From positions 12,276,001 to 12,340,000 of the forward strand of contig OZ059894.1 in assembly GCA_964057225.1 (NCBI GenBank): a DNA stretch of 64,000 bases, read 5' to 3'. Of this stretch, positions 11,927 to 26,789 are shown piece by piece. How positions within the stretch are numbered: position 1 is the stretch's first letter; each line of letters opens with the position of its first letter. The translations under genes and the position numbers were made by a program. The stretch is from Auanema rhodensis (taxonomy: Eukaryota; Animalia; Nematoda). Under the pieces are notes generated by a model that worked only from the letters and a program-made list of their open reading frames with translations, was not told the origin of the DNA and searched no databases.

Positions 11927-13107
11927 ACAGTAAAAAGTCCAATCAAGAGAGAAATTTTTTCAACACATAGTTGTTTTTTTTTTAAATATCATTGTTTTTC
12001 CTCATAACTCGGTTTAAACTCGTTCTAACCCGTTGAAATACGTCTAGAAAGTCTTTATAACATGCATATGTATGATAGAACTTCATATTTATTGTAATAG
12101 AAAATTTTATTTTCAGACGTCTTGGTTAACAATGATATGTTTTACCCCCTTATAATTTTTATCATAATGTTCCTTATACGGAACGCTCAATGAAACTTGC
12201 TTCCAGAAAAATTTCTTTCTATTTTTTCTTCATATGTACGTAGATACTATAGAGAACTATGATAGAAAACTTTAACATTCACGAAATCATCATTTCTCAT
12301 TACGCTACGGAGGTTTAAAAAGCTGTGTTTTACCTTATAATAGACCGGAAAACCCTTGTGTTAAAACTGGACCGTTTTTACACATATAAAAATGTCCCGT
12401 ATTCGGGACCCTAATGTAACTTTTGATTCCCTATATTTTTTTTCATGAAATTTACAATCTACTGTAGAAAGAAGAATTATTTTTATAAAAACTGTAAATT
12501 TTTGAAAAATGAAAACAAAACGAAAACAAAAACAACTTTTTTTTGAACATTTTCTCACACAAGGGTCCCCCCTTACCTACTTTTTTTCTCATTACTCGTT
12601 TCAACCTCATCCGATCACTCTGCAAACATGTTTAATCGTTCTAACTTGTTGAAATACGTCTTAAAAGTCTAAACAACATGCATATGCATAATAGAAACCA
12701 CCCGAATAGGCCCCCACGCACTAAACGAGATATATACATTACCAGTATAGTAATAGAACACATATTGAAGATTAATTCGATAAGAACAATTTATTGACGT
12801 AGAGAATGTTTGTTCCGAAAAACTACAATATTAAACTATAAAAGTAACAAAAGCGTAGAGGCAGCAAAGACATGAATAAACATAAATGTAAATACAGAAT
12901 TACCAGGTAGTACATAAGTATGACAAAAAATTATAAGAAAGCCATGAAAATAGAAGGTTTGTGAACAAATGAGAGGTACATCTTTGATCGTATAGTCATT
13001 TCTAAACCGTTCGTATGCTGCAGCATCGTCATAAGCGTCACTCAAGTTGAATTTCCATGTGTACTACACGATTTTCATTCTTATTGTTACATTCTTTCCC
13101 TGAGGGA

Positions 13108-13292
13108 ATGGGCCGTTCCCGCCAGCAGTGCAAGAGCGGGTCGACCCGTGAGGTGGAGCTAGCAAGCCAGCATCTACCTCAAGTCTCAAAAATCGGTTAA
13201 CCTTATTGTGAACCAATGGAACACATATCGAAGGTTAATTCGATAAGAACGATTACTACACTTTGATCTTAGCCAAAAGGCCGAGAAGCGAT
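13108..13292 (-). ncRNA. U2: U2 snRNA copy 6
   Basis: Same as 717-901. Confidence 0.95.
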
Positions 13293-13734
13293 ACAGCATA
13301 GCCATGAGTATCAAAGACATCAAGCAAATGTATCGTACTTGTTACGAGTGCACTCTCTCATTTGAATATAAAAGTGTGGTTTGACAATCTTGACTGTACA
13401 GGTCATAAATGGCTCATATAAACTGTGGATTTACTCAACTTTTGGACTTATTTTTTTCTTATTCGAAGCGCTGCACTTTTTTCTATTCTTTTTATTCAAA
13501 TACTTGTATATAGTTTTATATGTACGGTTGCAAAGTTTCCGAATATTTTATATATTTTTATACAATAATTAGGAGAAGGTTAATACAATGAAATCTCCCA
13601 ACTTTACAGTGTTTGTATTGCTTACAGTATCTAGAACAACCACTCTTGTAATATTAGAGCACATATCAATCAACAACTTTTTCTAGTTATCAAAGCTTTT
13701 TTATTTCTTCAAGATATTTCAAATAAAATATAAA

Positions 13735-13853
13735 AGCTTACGACACCCGGGATTCCCAAGCCGTCTCCGATCCAAGTACTAACCGGGCCCAACGTTGCTT
13801 GACTTGCCAGATCGGACGGGATGGCGTACTTTCAACGTGGTATGGTCGTAAGC
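13735..13853 (-). rRNA. 5S: 5S rRNA 6a
   Basis: Same as 1344-1462. Confidence 0.97.
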
Positions 13854-14094
13854 AATGTTATATTCTTCATTATCAGTTATATCACTCTAAATCTTGTTGT
13901 TAATAGTTAGGACCACAAAGAAAACAACAGGAACAGTAACAAATGAAATGCCCAAACTTTACAGTGTTCGAGTTATTTACAGTATCTAAGACTACCTCTG
14001 TCGTGTTATTAGAGCAAACATTCGATTAACAACAACTTTTTTTTAGTTATCAAAGCTTTTTTATTTCTTCAAAAAATTTCAAATAAAATATAAA

Positions 14095-14213
14095 AGCTTA
14101 CGACACCCGGGATTCCCAAGCCGTCTCCGATCCAAGTACTAACCGGGCCCAACGTTGCTTGACTTGCCAGATCGGACGGGATGGCGTACTTTCAACGTGG
14201 TATGGTCGTAAGC
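14095..14213 (-). rRNA. 5S: 5S rRNA 6b
   Basis: Same as 1344-1462. Confidence 0.97.
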
Positions 14214-14355
14214 AATGTCATATTCTTCATTATCAGTTATATCACTCTAAATCTTGTTGTTAATAGATACGACCACAAAGAAAACAACAGGAACAGTAAC
14301 AATAACAAAAAAAATTTTTTTTTCACCTATGTGTCTAAAGGTTAGCCATGTATCC

Positions 14356-14399
<44 letters not shown>

Positions 14400-15579
14400 A
14401 CAGTAAAAAGTCCAATCAAGAGAGAAATTTTTTCAACACATAGTTGTTTTTTTTTTAAATATCATTGTTTTTCCTCATAACTCGGTTTAAACTCGTTCTA
14501 ACCCGTTGAAATACGTCTAGAAAGTCTTTATAACATGCATATGTATGATAGAACTTCATATTTATTGTAATAGAAAATTTTATTTTCAGACGTCTTGGTT
14601 AACAATGATATGTTTTACCCCCTTATAATTTTTATCATAATGTTCCTTATACGGAACGCTCAATGAAACTTGCTTCCAGAAAAATTTCTTTCTATTTTTT
14701 CTTCATATGTACGTAGATACTATAGAGAACTATGATAGAAAACTTTAACATTCACGAAATCATCATTTCTCATTACGCTACGGAGGTTTAAAAAGCTGTG
14801 TTTTACCTTATAATAGACCGGAAAACCCTTGTGTTAAAACTGGACCGTTTTTACACATATAAAAATGTCCCGTATTCGGGACCCTAATGTAACTTTTGAT
14901 TCCCTATATTTTTTTTCATGAAATTTACAATCTACTGTAGAAAGAAGAATTATTTTTATAAAAACTGTAAATTTTTGAAAAATGAAAACAAAACGAAAAC
15001 AAAAACAACTTTTTTTTGAACATTTTCTCACACAAGGGTCCCCCCTTACCTACTTTTTTTCTCATTACTCGTTTCAACCTCATCCGATCACTCTGCAAAC
15101 ATGTTTAATCGTTCTAACTTGTTGAAATACGTCTTAAAAGTCTAAACAACATGCATATGCATAATAGAAACCACCCGAATAGGCCCCCACGCACTAAACG
15201 AGATATATACATTACCAGTATAGTAATAGAACACATATTGAAGATTAATTCGATAAGAACAATTTATTGACGTAGAGAATGTTTGTTCCGAAAAACTACA
15301 ATATTAAACTATAAAAGTAACAAAAGCGTAGAGGCAGCAAAGACATGAATAAACATAAATGTAAATACAGAATTACCAGGTAGTACATAAGTATGACAAA
15401 AAATTATAAGAAAGCCATGAAAAAGAAGGTTTGTGAACAAATGAGAGGTACATCTTTGATCGTATAGTCATTTCTAAACCGTTCGTATGCTGCAGCATCG
15501 TCATAAGCGTCACTCAAGTTGAATTTCCATGTGTACTACACGATTTTCATTCTTATTGTTACATTCTTTCCCTGAGGGA

Positions 15580-15764
15580 ATGGGCCGTTCCCGCCAGCAG
15601 TGCAAGAGCGGGTCGACCCGTGAGGTGGAGCTAGCAAGCCAGCATCTACCTCAAGTCTCAAAAATCGGTTAACCTTATTGTGAACCAATGGAACACATAT
15701 CGAAGGTTAATTCGATAAGAACGATTACTACACTTTGATCTTAGCCAAAAGGCCGAGAAGCGAT
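15580..15764 (-). ncRNA. U2: U2 snRNA copy 7
   Basis: Same as 717-901. Confidence 0.95.
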
Positions 15765-16206
15765 ACAGCATAGCCATGAGTATCAAAGACATCAAGCAAA
15801 TGTATCGTACTTGTTACGAGTGCACTCTCTCATTTGAATATAAAAGTGTGGTTTGACAATCTTGACTGTACAGGTCATAAATGGCTCATATAAACTGTGG
15901 ATTTACTCAACTTTTGGACTTATTTTTTTCTTATTCGAAGCGCTGCACTTTTTTCTATTCTTTTTATTCAAATACTTGTATATAGTTTTATATGTACGGT
16001 TGCAAAGTTTCCGAATATTTTATATATTTTTATACAATAATTAGGAGAAGGTTAATACAATGAAATCTCCCAACTTTACAGTGTTTGTATTGCTTACAGT
16101 ATCTAGAACAACCACTCTTGTAATATTAGAGCACATATCAATCAACAACTTTTTCTAGTTATCAAAGCTTTTTTATTTCTTCAAGATATTTCAAATAAAA
16201 TATAAA

Positions 16207-16325
16207 AGCTTACGACACCCGGGATTCCCAAGCCGTCTCCGATCCAAGTACTAACCGGGCCCAACGTTGCTTGACTTGCCAGATCGGACGGGATGGCGTA
16301 CTTTCAACGTGGTATGGTCGTAAGC
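16207..16325 (-). rRNA. 5S: 5S rRNA 7a
   Basis: Same as 1344-1462. Confidence 0.97.
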
Positions 16326-16566
16326 AATGTTATATTCTTCATTATCAGTTATATCACTCTAAATCTTGTTGTTAATAGTTAGGACCACAAAGAAAACAAC
16401 AGGAACAGTAACAAATGAAATGCCCAAACTTTACAGTGTTCGAGTTATTTACAGTATCTAAGACTACCTCTGTCGTGTTATTAGAGCAAACATTCGATTA
16501 ACAACAACTTTTTTTTAGTTATCAAAGCTTTTTTATTTCTTCAAAAAATTTCAAATAAAATATAAA

Positions 16567-16685
16567 AGCTTACGACACCCGGGATTCCCAAGCCGTCTCC
16601 GATCCAAGTACTAACCGGGCCCAACGTTGCTTGACTTGCCAGATCGGACGGGATGGCGTACTTTCAACGTGGTATGGTCGTAAGC
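16567..16685 (-). rRNA. 5S: 5S rRNA 7b
   Basis: Same as 1344-1462. Confidence 0.97.
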
Positions 16686-16827
16686 AATGTCATATTCTTC
16701 ATTATCAGTTATATCACTCTAAATCTTGTTGTTAATAGATACGACCACAAAGAAAACAACAGGAACAGTAACAATAACAAAAAAAATTTTTTTTTCACCT
16801 ATGTGTCTAAAGGTTAGCCATGTATCC

Positions 16828-16877
<50 letters not shown>

Positions 16878-18058
16878 ACAGTAAAAAGTCCAATCAAGAG
16901 AGAAATTTTTTCAACACATAGTTGTTTTTTTTTTAAATATCATTGTTTTTCCTCATAACTCGGTTTAAACTCGTTCTAACCCGTTGAAATACGTCTAGAA
17001 AGTCTTTATAACATGCATATGTATGATAGAACTTCATATTTATTGTAATAGAAAATTTTATTTTCAGACGTCTTGGTTAACAATGATATGTTTTACCCCC
17101 TTATAATTTTTATCATAATGTTCCTTATACGGAACGCTCAATGAAACTTGCTTCCAGAAAAATTTCTTTCTATTTTTTCTTCATATGTACGTAGATACTA
17201 TAGAGAACTATGATAGAAAACTTTAACATTCACGAAATCATCATTTCTCATTACGCTACGGAGGTTTAAAAAGCTGTGTTTTACCTTATAATAGACCGGA
17301 AAACCCTTGTGTTAAAACTGGACCGTTTTTACACATATAAAAATGTCCCGTATTCGGGACCCTAATGTAACTTTTGATTCCCTATATTTTTTTTCATGAA
17401 ATTTACAATCTACTGTAGAAAGAAGAATTATTTTTATAAAAACTGTAAATTTTTGAAAAATGAAAACAAAACGAAAACAAAAACAACTTTTTTTTGAACA
17501 TTTTCTCACACAAGGGTCCCCCCTTACCTACTTTTTTTCTCATTACTCGTTTCAACCTCATCCGATCACTCTGCAAACATGTTTAATCGTTCTAACTTGT
17601 TGAAATACGTCTTAAAAGTCTAAACAACATGCATATGCATAATAGAAACCACCCGAATAGGCCCCCACGCACTAAACGAGATATATACATTACCAGTATA
17701 GTAATAGAACACATATTGAAGATTAATTCGATAAGAACAATTTATTGACGTAGAGAATGTTTGTTCCGAAAAACTACAATATTAAACTATAAAAGTAACA
17801 AAAGCGTAGAGGCAGCAAAGACATGAATAAACATAAATGTAAATACAGAATTACCAGGTAGTACATAAGTATGACAAAAAATTATAAGAAAGCCATGAAA
17901 ATAGAAGGTTTGTGAACAAATGAGAGGTACATCTTTGATCGTATAGTCATTTCTAAACCGTTCGTATGCTGCAGCATCGTCATAAGCGTCACTCAAGTTG
18001 AATTTCCATGTGTACTACACGATTTTCATTCTTATTGTTACATTCTTTCCCTGAGGGA

Positions 18059-18243
18059 ATGGGCCGTTCCCGCCAGCAGTGCAAGAGCGGGTCGACCCGT
18101 GAGGTGGAGCTAGCAAGCCAGCATCTACCTCAAGTCTCAAAAATCGGTTAACCTTATTGTGAACCAATGGAACACATATCGAAGGTTAATTCGATAAGAA
18201 CGATTACTACACTTTGATCTTAGCCAAAAGGCCGAGAAGCGAT
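18059..18243 (-). ncRNA. U2: U2 snRNA copy 8
   Basis: Same as 717-901. Confidence 0.95.
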
Positions 18244-18685
18244 ACAGCATAGCCATGAGTATCAAAGACATCAAGCAAATGTATCGTACTTGTTACGAGT
18301 GCACTCTCTCATTTGAATATAAAAGTGTGGTTTGACAATCTTGACTGTACAGGTCATAAATGGCTCATATAAACTGTGGATTTACTCAACTTTTGGACTT
18401 ATTTTTTTCTTATTCGAAGCGCTGCACTTTTTTCTATTCTTTTTATTCAAATACTTGTATATAGTTTTATATGTACGGTTGCAAAGTTTCCGAATATTTT
18501 ATATATTTTTATACAATAATTAGGAGAAGGTTAATACAATGAAATCTCCCAACTTTACAGTGTTTGTATTGCTTACAGTATCTAGAACAACCACTCTTGT
18601 AATATTAGAGCACATATCAATCAACAACTTTTTCTAGTTATCAAAGCTTTTTTATTTCTTCAAGATATTTCAAATAAAATATAAA

Positions 18686-18804
18686 AGCTTACGACACCCG
18701 GGATTCCCAAGCCGTCTCCGATCCAAGTACTAACCGGGCCCAACGTTGCTTGACTTGCCAGATCGGACGGGATGGCGTACTTTCAACGTGGTATGGTCGT
18801 AAGC
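18686..18804 (-). rRNA. 5S: 5S rRNA 8a
   Basis: Same as 1344-1462. Confidence 0.97.
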
Positions 18805-19045
18805 AATGTTATATTCTTCATTATCAGTTATATCACTCTAAATCTTGTTGTTAATAGTTAGGACCACAAAGAAAACAACAGGAACAGTAACAAATGAAAT
18901 GCCCAAACTTTACAGTGTTCGAGTTATTTACAGTATCTAAGACTACCTCTGTCGTGTTATTAGAGCAAACATTCGATTAACAACAACTTTTTTTTAGTTA
19001 TCAAAGCTTTTTTATTTCTTCAAAAAATTTCAAATAAAATATAAA

Positions 19046-19164
19046 AGCTTACGACACCCGGGATTCCCAAGCCGTCTCCGATCCAAGTACTAACCGGGCC
19101 CAACGTTGCTTGACTTGCCAGATCGGACGGGATGGCGTACTTTCAACGTGGTATGGTCGTAAGC
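19046..19164 (-). rRNA. 5S: 5S rRNA 8b
   Basis: Same as 1344-1462. Confidence 0.97.
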
Positions 19165-19307
19165 AATGTCATATTCTTCATTATCAGTTATATCACTCTA
19201 AATCTTGTTGTTAATAGATACGACCACAAAGAAAACAACAGGAACAGTAACAATAACAAAAAAAATTTTTTTTTCACCTATGTGTCTAAAGGTTAGCCAT
19301 GTATCCG

Positions 19308-19355
<48 letters not shown>

Positions 19356-20536
19356 ACAGTAAAAAGTCCAATCAAGAGAGAAATTTTTTCAACACATAGT
19401 TGTTTTTTTTTTAAATATCATTGTTTTTCCTCATAACTCGGTTTAAACTCGTTCTAACCCGTTGAAATACGTCTAGAAAGTCTTTATAACATGCATATGT
19501 ATGATAGAACTTCATATTTATTGTAATAGAAAATTTTATTTTCAGACGTCTTGGTTAACAATGATATGTTTTACCCCCTTATAATTTTTATCATAATGTT
19601 CCTTATACGGAACGCTCAATGAAACTTGCTTCCAGAAAAATTTCTTTCTATTTTTTCTTCATATGTACGTAGATACTATAGAGAACTATGATAGAAAACT
19701 TTAACATTCACGAAATCATCATTTCTCATTACGCTACGGAGGTTTAAAAAGCTGTGTTTTACCTTATAATAGACCGGAAAACCCTTGTGTTAAAACTGGA
19801 CCGTTTTTACACATATAAAAATGTCCCGTATTCGGGACCCTAATGTAACTTTTGATTCCCTATATTTTTTTTCATGAAATTTACAATCTACTGTAGAAAG
19901 AAGAATTATTTTTATAAAAACTGTAAATTTTTGAAAAATGAAAACAAAACGAAAACAAAAACAACTTTTTTTTGAACATTTTCTCACACAAGGGTCCCCC
20001 CTTACCTACTTTTTTTCTCATTACTCGTTTCAACCTCATCCGATCACTCTGCAAACATGTTTAATCGTTCTAACTTGTTGAAATACGTCTTAAAAGTCTA
20101 AACAACATGCATATGCATAATAGAAACCACCCGAATAGGCCCCCACGCACTAAACGAGATATATACATTACCAGTATAGTAATAGAACACATATTGAAGA
20201 TTAATTCGATAAGAACAATTTATTGACGTAGAGAATGTTTGTTCCGAAAAACTACAATATTAAACTATAAAAGTAACAAAAGCGTAGAGGCAGCAAAGAC
20301 ATGAATAAACATAAATGTAAATACAGAATTACCAGGTAGTACATAAGTATGACAAAAAATTATAAGAAAGCCATGAAAATAGAAGGTTTGTGAACAAATG
20401 AGAGGTACATCTTTGATCGTATAGTCATTTCTAAACCGTTCGTATGCTGCAGCATCGTCATAAGCGTCACTCAAGTTGAATTTCCATGTGTACTACACGA
20501 TTTTCATTCTTATTGTTACATTCTTTCCCTGAGGGA

Positions 20537-20721
20537 ATGGGCCGTTCCCGCCAGCAGTGCAAGAGCGGGTCGACCCGTGAGGTGGAGCTAGCAAGCCAGC
20601 ATCTACCTCAAGTCTCAAAAATCGGTTAACCTTATTGTGAACCAATGGAACACATATCGAAGGTTAATTCGATAAGAACGATTACTACACTTTGATCTTA
20701 GCCAAAAGGCCGAGAAGCGAT
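20537..20721 (-). ncRNA. U2: U2 snRNA copy 9
   Basis: Same as 717-901. Confidence 0.95.
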
Positions 20722-21163
20722 ACAGCATAGCCATGAGTATCAAAGACATCAAGCAAATGTATCGTACTTGTTACGAGTGCACTCTCTCATTTGAATATAA
20801 AAGTGTGGTTTGACAATCTTGACTGTACAGGTCATAAATGGCTCATATAAACTGTGGATTTACTCAACTTTTGGACTTATTTTTTTCTTATTCGAAGCGC
20901 TGCACTTTTTTCTATTCTTTTTATTCAAATACTTGTATATAGTTTTATATGTACGGTTGCAAAGTTTCCGAATATTTTATATATTTTTATACAATAATTA
21001 GGAGAAGGTTAATACAATGAAATCTCCCAACTTTACAGTGTTTGTATTGCTTACAGTATCTAGAACAACCACTCTTGTAATATTAGAGCACATATCAATC
21101 AACAACTTTTTCTAGTTATCAAAGCTTTTTTATTTCTTCAAGATATTTCAAATAAAATATAAA

Positions 21164-21282
21164 AGCTTACGACACCCGGGATTCCCAAGCCGTCTCCGAT
21201 CCAAGTACTAACCGGGCCCAACGTTGCTTGACTTGCCAGATCGGACGGGATGGCGTACTTTCAACGTGGTATGGTCGTAAGC
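21164..21282 (-). rRNA. 5S: 5S rRNA 9a
   Basis: Same as 1344-1462. Confidence 0.97.
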
Positions 21283-21523
21283 AATGTTATATTCTTCATT
21301 ATCAGTTATATCACTCTAAATCTTGTTGTTAATAGTTAGGACCACAAAGAAAACAACAGGAACAGTAACAAATGAAATGCCCAAACTTTACAGTGTTCGA
21401 GTTATTTACAGTATCTAAGACTACCTCTGTCGTGTTATTAGAGCAAACATTCGATTAACAACAACTTTTTTTTAGTTATCAAAGCTTTTTTATTTCTTCA
21501 AAAAATTTCAAATAAAATATAAA

Positions 21524-21642
21524 AGCTTACGACACCCGGGATTCCCAAGCCGTCTCCGATCCAAGTACTAACCGGGCCCAACGTTGCTTGACTTGCCAGA
21601 TCGGACGGGATGGCGTACTTTCAACGTGGTATGGTCGTAAGC
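21524..21642 (-). rRNA. 5S: 5S rRNA 9b
   Basis: Same as 1344-1462. Confidence 0.97.
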
Positions 21643-21784
21643 AATGTCATATTCTTCATTATCAGTTATATCACTCTAAATCTTGTTGTTAATAGATACG
21701 ACCACAAAGAAAACAACAGGAACAGTAACAATAACAAAAAAAATTTTTTTTTCACCTATGTGTCTAAAGGTTAGCCATGTATCC

Positions 21785-21820
<36 letters not shown>

Positions 21821-23000
21821 ACAGTAAAAAGTCCAATCAAGAGAGAAATTTTTTCAACACATAGTTGTTTTTTTTTTAAATATCATTGTTTTTCCTCATA
21901 ACTCGGTTTAAACTCGTTCTAACCCGTTGAAATACGTCTAGAAAGTCTTTATAACATGCATATGTATGATAGAACTTCATATTTATTGTAATAGAAAATT
22001 TTATTTTCAGACGTCTTGGTTAACAATGATATGTTTTACCCCCTTATAATTTTTATCATAATGTTCCTTATACGGAACGCTCAATGAAACTTGCTTCCAG
22101 AAAAATTTCTTTCTATTTTTTCTTCATATGTACGTAGATACTATAGAGAACTATGATAGAAAACTTTAACATTCACGAAATCATCATTTCTCATTACGCT
22201 ACGGAGGTTTAAAAAGCTGTGTTTTACCTTATAATAGACCGGAAAACCCTTGTGTTAAAACTGGACCGTTTTTACACATATAAAAATGTCCCGTATTCGG
22301 GACCCTAATGTAACTTTTGATTCCCTATATTTTTTTTCATGAAATTTACAATCTACTGTAGAAAGAAGAATTATTTTTATAAAAACTGTAAATTTTTGAA
22401 AAATGAAAACAAAACGAAAACAAAAACAACTTTTTTTTAACATTTTCTCACACAAGGGTCCCCCCTTACCTACTTTTTTTCTCATTACTCGTTTCAACCT
22501 CATCCGATCACTCTGCAAACATGTTTAATCGTTCTAACTTGTTGAAATACGTCTTAAAAGTCTAAACAACATGCATATGCATAATAGAAACCACCCGAAT
22601 AGGCCCCCACGCACTAAACGAGATATATACATTACCAGTATAGTAATAGAACACATATTGAAGATTAATTCGATAAGAACAATTTATTGACGTAGAGAAT
22701 GTTTGTTCCGAAAAACTACAATATTAAACTATAAAAGTAACAAAAGCGTAGAGGCAGCAAAGACATGAATAAACATAAATGTAAATACAGAATTACCAGG
22801 TAGTACATAAGTATGACAAAAAATTATAAGAAAGCCATGAAAATAGAAGGTTTGTGAACAAATGAGAGGTACATCTTTGATCGTATAGTCATTTCTAAAC
22901 CGTTCGTATGCTGCAGCATCGTCATAAGCGTCACTCAAGTTGAATTTCCATGTGTACTACACGATTTTCATTCTTATTGTTACATTCTTTCCCTGAGGGA

Positions 23001-23185
23001 ATGGGCCGTTCCCGCCAGCAGTGCAAGAGCGGGTCGACCCGTGAGGTGGAGCTAGCAAGCCAGCATCTACCTCAAGTCTCAAAAATCGGTTAACCTTATT
23101 GTGAACCAATGGAACACATATCGAAGGTTAATTCGATAAGAACGATTACTACACTTTGATCTTAGCCAAAAGGCCGAGAAGCGAT
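23001..23185 (-). ncRNA. U2: U2 snRNA copy 10
   Basis: Same as 717-901. Confidence 0.95.
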
Positions 23186-23627
23186 ACAGCATAGCCATGA
23201 GTATCAAAGACATCAAGCAAATGTATCGTACTTGTTACGAGTGCACTCTCTCATTTGAATATAAAAGTGTGGTTTGACAATCTTGACTGTACAGGTCATA
23301 AATGGCTCATATAAACTGTGGATTTACTCAACTTTTGGACTTATTTTTTTCTTATTCGAAGCGCTGCACTTTTTTCTATTCTTTTTATTCAAATACTTGT
23401 ATATAGTTTTATATGTACGGTTGCAAAGTTTCCGAATATTTTATATATTTTTATACAATAATTAGGAGAAGGTTAATACAATGAAATCTCCCAACTTTAC
23501 AGTGTTTGTATTGCTTACAGTATCTAGAACAACCACTCTTGTAATATTAGAGCACATATCAATCAACAACTTTTTCTAGTTATCAAAGCTTTTTTATTTC
23601 TTCAAGATATTTCAAATAAAATATAAA

Positions 23628-23746
23628 AGCTTACGACACCCGGGATTCCCAAGCCGTCTCCGATCCAAGTACTAACCGGGCCCAACGTTGCTTGACTTGC
23701 CAGATCGGACGGGATGGCGTACTTTCAACGTGGTATGGTCGTAAGC
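23628..23746 (-). rRNA. 5S: 5S rRNA 10a
   Basis: Same as 1344-1462. Confidence 0.97.
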
Positions 23747-23987
23747 AATGTTATATTCTTCATTATCAGTTATATCACTCTAAATCTTGTTGTTAATAGT
23801 TAGGACCACAAAGAAAACAACAGGAACAGTAACAAATGAAATGCCCAAACTTTACAGTGTTCGAGTTATTTACAGTATCTAAGACTACCTCTGTCGTGTT
23901 ATTAGAGCAAACATTCGATTAACAACAACTTTTTTTTAGTTATCAAAGCTTTTTTATTTCTTCAAAAAATTTCAAATAAAATATAAA

Positions 23988-24106
23988 AGCTTACGACACC
24001 CGGGATTCCCAAGCCGTCTCCGATCCAAGTACTAACCGGGCCCAACGTTGCTTGACTTGCCAGATCGGACGGGATGGCGTACTTTCAACGTGGTATGGTC
24101 GTAAGC
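23988..24106 (-). rRNA. 5S: 5S rRNA 10b
   Basis: Same as 1344-1462. Confidence 0.97.
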
Positions 24107-24248
24107 AATGTCATATTCTTCATTATCAGTTATATCACTCTAAATCTTGTTGTTAATAGATACGACCACAAAGAAAACAACAGGAACAGTAACAATAACA
24201 AAAAAAATTTTTTTTTCACCTATGTGTCTAAAGGTTAGCCATGTATCC

Positions 24249-24326
<78 letters not shown>

Positions 24327-25507
24327 ACAGTAAAAAGTCCAATCAAGAGAGAAATTTTTTCAACACATAGTTGTTTTTTTTTTAAATATCATTGTTTTTC
24401 CTCATAACTCGGTTTAAACTCGTTCTAACCCGTTGAAATACGTCTAGAAAGTCTTTATAACATGCATATGTATGATAGAACTTCATATTTATTGTAATAG
24501 AAAATTTTATTTTCAGACGTCTTGGTTAACAATGATATGTTTTACCCCCTTATAATTTTTATCATAATGTTCCTTATACGGAACGCTCAATGAAACTTGC
24601 TTCCAGAAAAATTTCTTTCTATTTTTTCTTCATATGTACGTAGATACTATAGAGAACTATGATAGAAAACTTTAACATTCACGAAATCATCATTTCTCAT
24701 TACGCTACGGAGGTTTAAAAAGCTGTGTTTTACCTTATAATAGACCGGAAAACCCTTGTGTTAAAACTGGACCGTTTTTACACATATAAAAATGTCCCGT
24801 ATTCGGGACCCTAATGTAACTTTTGATTCCCTATATTTTTTTTCATGAAATTTACAATCTACTGTAGAAAGAAGAATTATTTTTATAAAAACTGTAAATT
24901 TTTGAAAAATGAAAACAAAACGAAAACAAAAACAACTTTTTTTTGAACATTTTCTCACACAAGGGTCCCCCCTTACCTACTTTTTTTCTCATTACTCGTT
25001 TCAACCTCATCCGATCACTCTGCAAACATGTTTAATCGTTCTAACTTGTTGAAATACGTCTTAAAAGTCTAAACAACATGCATATGCATAATAGAAACCA
25101 CCCGAATAGGCCCCCACGCACTAAACGAGATATATACATTACCAGTATAGTAATAGAACACATATTGAAGATTAATTCGATAAGAACAATTTATTGACGT
25201 AGAGAATGTTTGTTCCGAAAAACTACAATATTAAACTATAAAAGTAACAAAAGCGTAGAGGCAGCAAAGACATGAATAAACATAAATGTAAATACAGAAT
25301 TACCAGGTAGTACATAAGTATGACAAAAAATTATAAGAAAGCCATGAAAATAGAAGGTTTGTGAACAAATGAGAGGTACATCTTTGATCGTATAGTCATT
25401 TCTAAACCGTTCGTATGCTGCAGCATCGTCATAAGCGTCACTCAAGTTGAATTTCCATGTGTACTACACGATTTTCATTCTTATTGTTACATTCTTTCCC
25501 TGAGGGA

Positions 25508-25692
25508 ATGGGCCGTTCCCGCCAGCAGTGCAAGAGCGGGTCGACCCGTGAGGTGGAGCTAGCAAGCCAGCATCTACCTCAAGTCTCAAAAATCGGTTAA
25601 CCTTATTGTGAACCAATGGAACACATATCGAAGGTTAATTCGATAAGAACGATTACTACACTTTGATCTTAGCCAAAAGGCCGAGAAGCGAT
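25508..25692 (-). ncRNA. U2: U2 snRNA copy 11
   Basis: Same as 717-901; substitution at -2 in the flank (25694). Confidence 0.95.
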
Positions 25693-26134
25693 ATAGCATA
25701 GCCATGAGTATCAAAGACATCAAGCAAATGTATCGTACTTGTTACGAGTGCACTCTCTCATTTGAATATAAAAGTGTGGTTTGACAATCTTGACTGTACA
25801 GGTCATAAATGGCTCATATAAACTGTGGATTTACTCAACTTTTGGACTTATTTTTTTCTTATTCGAAGCGCTGCACTTTTTTCTATTCTTTTTATTCAAA
25901 TACTTGTATATAGTTTTATATGTACGGTTGCAAAGTTTCCGAATATTTTATATATTTTTATACAATAATTAGGAGAAGGTTAATACAATGAAATCTCCCA
26001 ACTTTACAGTGTTTGTATTGCTTACAGTATCTAGAACAACCACTCTTGTAATATTAGAGCACATATCAATCAACAACTTTTTCTAGTTATCAAAGCTTTT
26101 TTATTTCTTCAAGATATTTCAAATAAAATATAAA

Positions 26135-26253
26135 AGCTTACGACACCCGGGATTCCCAAGCCGTCTCCGATCCAAGTACTAACCGGGCCCAACGTTGCTT
26201 GACTTGCCAGATCGGACGGGATGGTGTACTTTCAACGTGGTATGGTCGTAAGC
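26135..26253 (-). rRNA. 5S: 5S rRNA 11a (one substitution at 26225)
   Basis: As 1344-1462 with C>T (plus strand) at 26225. Confidence 0.96.
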
Positions 26254-26494
26254 AATGTTATATTCTTCATTATCAGTTATATCACTCTAAATCTTGTTGT
26301 TAATAGTTAGGACCACAAAGAAAACAACAGGAACAGTAACAAATGAAATGCCCAAACTTTACAGTGTTCGAGTTATTTACAGTATCTAAGACTACCTCTG
26401 TCGTGTTATTAGAGCAAACATTCGATTAACAACAACTTTTTTTTAGTTATCAAAGCTTTTTTATTTCTTCAAAAAATTTCAAATAAAATATAAA

Positions 26495-26613
26495 AGCTTA
26501 CGACACCCGGGATTCCCAAGCCGTCTCCGATCCAAGTACTAACCGGGCCCAACGTTGCTTGACTTGCCAGATCGGACGGGATGGCGTACTTTCAACGTGG
26601 TATGGTCGTAAGC
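26495..26613 (-). rRNA. 5S: 5S rRNA 11b
   Basis: Same as 1344-1462. Confidence 0.97.
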
Positions 26614-26755
26614 AATGTCATATTCTTCATTATCAGTTATATCACTCTAAATCTTGTTGTTAATAGATACGACCACAAAGAAAACAACAGGAACAGTAAC
26701 AATAACAAAAAAAATTTTTTTTTCACCTATGTGTCTAAAGGTTAGCCATGTATCC

Positions 26756-26789
<34 letters not shown>

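Noticed and set aside
10460-22445. Private single-base deletions (~10465, ~15423, ~22439)
   Set aside because: Isolated indels next to homopolymers, likely long-read consensus errors.
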